Source: Eledone cirrhosa
Lineage: Eukaryota
Assembly (NCBI GenBank): GCA_964016885.1
Contig: OZ024740.1
Location: 371,938,001 to 372,002,000, forward strand
Direction: 5' to 3'
DNA length: 64,000 nt
How positions within the stretch are numbered: the first letter of the stretch is position 1; the number at the start of each line of letters is the position of its first letter. The position numbers and the translations under genes were made by a program. Below the pieces are notes generated by a model. That model was not told the DNA's origin and did no database searches. It saw only the letters and a program-made list of their open reading frames with translations. Shown here piece after piece: positions 63,901-64,000 of the stretch.

Positions 63901-64000
63901 TAATATAAAAGAAAAAAGAACACAGACATATACATATATGTGTTCAAATCGTAAGGGACCTGATTCGCTAAGGTGAAAAGAATACAAACTATAGACAATA
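63138..64000. repeat. Partial tandem repeat, period about 515 bp, associated with (TA)n
   Basis: 63138-63309 is repeated at about 63655-63828; about 63425-63492 is repeated at about 63930-64000. Confidence 0.8.

Overview
AT-rich, microsatellite-dense animal genomic DNA. The SINE and LINE repertoire suggests a cephalopod such as Octopus, which is an inference. No host protein-coding exon could be supported, and nearly all short ORFs in the track are microsatellite artefacts. The window is mostly mobile DNA: a near full-length, disabled Tx1/L1-clade LINE (15.2-21.0 kb), a 5'-truncated Penelope-like element (PLE) with an open RT/GIY-YIG ORF (50.9-52.9 kb), R4/Dong, RTE and CR1/L2 remnants, a mariner pseudogene, a Helitron-like element, about 15 tRNA-derived SINEs and a bipartite non-autonomous RTE family. 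The most notable signal is about 19 type I hammerhead ribozyme (HHR) motifs from roughly 9 sequence families. They lie in short, ORF-less elements inserted in (TA)n that are either long fold-back palindromes or 470-540 bp partial tandem repeats. One family is the 3' end of the resident PLE. Several carry recurrent non-canonical cores (U3-A8, A4, U-U at the base of stem II). All folds were made by eye, no searches were run, and coordinates of degenerate elements are approximate.
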